Source of the DNA: Octopus vulgaris
Taxonomy: Eukaryota
Assembly: GCA_951406725.2 (NCBI GenBank)
Contig: OX597820.1
Coordinates: 19,096,001 to 19,160,000 of the forward strand
DNA: 64,000 nt
Reading direction: 5' to 3'
Shown here piece by piece: positions 62,420 through 64,000 of this stretch; positions within the stretch are counted from its first letter, which is position 1, and every line of letters begins with the position of its first letter. Made by a program: the position numbers and the translations under genes. The notes below the pieces were generated by a model that was given only the letters and a program-made list of their open reading frames with translations, ran no database searches and was not told the origin of the DNA.

Positions 62420-62650
62420 TAATCATAGGCAAGATTTGGAAGTTTGTAAATCATATCCTAAACTGGTGATGGAAGAAATATTGCAGAGTTTATCTTTTAT
62501 TAAACCTGATGGGATTCCAGTGAAATTGTTATGTAACTCTATGTCAAAGCAAAAACAATAATGGAGTGGTTGGAATTCCTGTGGAGTGGAAGCTCTTTTC
62601 TCGTACAATAACAACGGTAGAATGGTGCAATATTTCTTCTATGGACCAAG
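62420..62650 (+). pseudogene. Possible highly decayed LINE reverse-transcriptase fragment
   Basis: Frames give MEEILQSLSFIKPDGIPVKLL and GIPVEWK, resembling the PGxDGIPxE and IPxEWK motifs, with stops and frameshifts. Confidence 0.3.
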
Positions 62651-62790
62651 GGTGTGATTTGCTTAGTATGGATGCTGTTAACCCTTGCTGTGTTGATTAA
62701 AGTTTTGCTTACTAATGTACAGATCATCACCATCACCATCATCATCATCTTCGTTTAACGTCCGCTTTCCATGCTAGCATGGGTTGGATG

Positions 62791-63178
62791 GATGGAAGCA
62801 CTCCGTCGGTTACGACGACGAGGGTTCTGGTTGATCCGAATCAACGGAACAGCCTGCTCGTGAAATTAACGTGTAAGTGGCTGAGCACTCCACAGACACG
62901 TGTACCCTTAACGTAGTTCTCGGGGACATTCAGTGTGACACAGAGAGTGACAAGGCCGGCCCTTTGAAATACAGGTACAACAGAAACAGGAAGTAAGAGT
63001 GAGAGAAAGTTGTGGTGAAAGAGTACAGCAGGGATCACCACCATCCCCTGCCGAAGCCTCGTGGAGCTTTAGGTGTTTATGCTCAATAAACACTCACAAC
63101 GCCTGGTCTGGGAATCGAAATCGCGATCCTATGACCACGAGTCCGCTGCCCTAACCACTGGGCCATTGCGCCTCCACA
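62791..63178 (-). mobile_element. tRNA-derived SINE family E, full length, inserted in an RTE 3' UTR (about 62723-63440)
   Basis: Box A TGGCCCAGTGG and box B-like TTCGATTCCC. 12-bp TSD ATGGGTTGGATG at 62779-62790 and 63179-63190. Confidence 0.9.
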
Positions 63179-63712
63179 ATGGGTTGGATGATTTGACTGA
63201 GGACTGGCGAACCAGATGGCTGCACCAGGCTCCAATCTTGATCTGGCAGAGTTTCTACAGCTGGATGCCCTTCCTAACGCCAACCACTCCGAGAGTGTAG
63301 TGGGTGCTTTTATGTGCCACCGGCAAGAGGGTCAGTCAGGCAGTACTGGCAACGGCCATGCTCAATTGGTGTTTTTTATGTGCCACTTGCACAGGATCCA
63401 GTCCAGCGGCACTGGGAACAACCTCGCTCGAATGTTTGTGACATGTTAATTATATGCAGATCAGTTCTCACAACCTCTTTTTATCGACTAGTATAAAGGA
63501 AATGCGTGTACTATGTCATATGAAATATGAAGAATTTTGGAAAATACCCCACTATCAAAAATGAGCGACCTCAGTTCCTTTATCTCAAGTGCACATGCAC
63601 AGAACTGGGGTTTTGCATGGTTCAAGATAGTAAGGGTCAACCCTTTAACATTCAGATTCCTGTCAAACGTATTGCTTATTTATTCACCTTATTTTAAATT
63701 AATCATGCATTC

Positions 63713-63909
63713 TAACTGGCCCTCATGCTGGTGGCACATAAAAGCACCCACTACACTCTCGGACTGGTTGGCATTAGGAAGTGCATCCAGCTGTAGAAAC
63801 TCTGCCAGATCAGATTGGAGCCTAGTGCAGCCATCTGGTTTGCCAGACCTCAGTCAAATCGTCCAACCCACGCTAGCATGGAAAGCGGATGTTAAACGAT
63901 GATGATGAT
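63713..63909 (+). mobile_element. RTE 3' UTR nested in a family H MITE
   Basis: RTE terminal sequence plus (GAT)n. The MITE sequence continues on both sides. Confidence 0.8.
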
Positions 63910-64000
63910 ATCTCATAGTCTCAAGATTTCAATGATGTGACAAAGATATTTTTAGAATGACATTGTAAGATAGACACAAGAGGCCAGATATGGCCAGTTT

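Overview
AT-rich, microsatellite-saturated animal DNA. The SINE, MITE and LINE families and the repeat density point to an octopus (coleoid cephalopod) genome; this is inferred from repeat content, not proven. No recognisable host protein-coding gene is present. Nearly all ORFs in the track are translations of (CA)n/(TA)n/(ATT)n tracts or of SINEs. The only recognisable protein motifs are retroelement C-termini: RTE-clade at 5683-5925 and 45449-45649, and R4/Dong-like at 12081-12158. The window looks like a large intron or 5' region. It holds a CpG-retaining, promoter-like zone at about 15.4-20.5 kb and two candidate + strand exons (24572-24772, 52050-52409). Interspersed repeats include at least four SINE families, RTE 3' ends, TTAA/piggyBac-like, TA/Tc1-pogo-like, hAT and Merlin-like MITEs, two non-autonomous Helitrons and a (TAA)n-targeted element. 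The most interesting signal is a set of short non-coding elements, mostly sitting in (TA)n tracts. Several carry minimal type I hammerhead ribozyme motifs of the Penelope-like kind, including a compensatory U3-A8 core variant. Several end in near-perfect foldback palindromes with arms of 26-170 bp. All coordinates were read by eye and may be off by a few bases.
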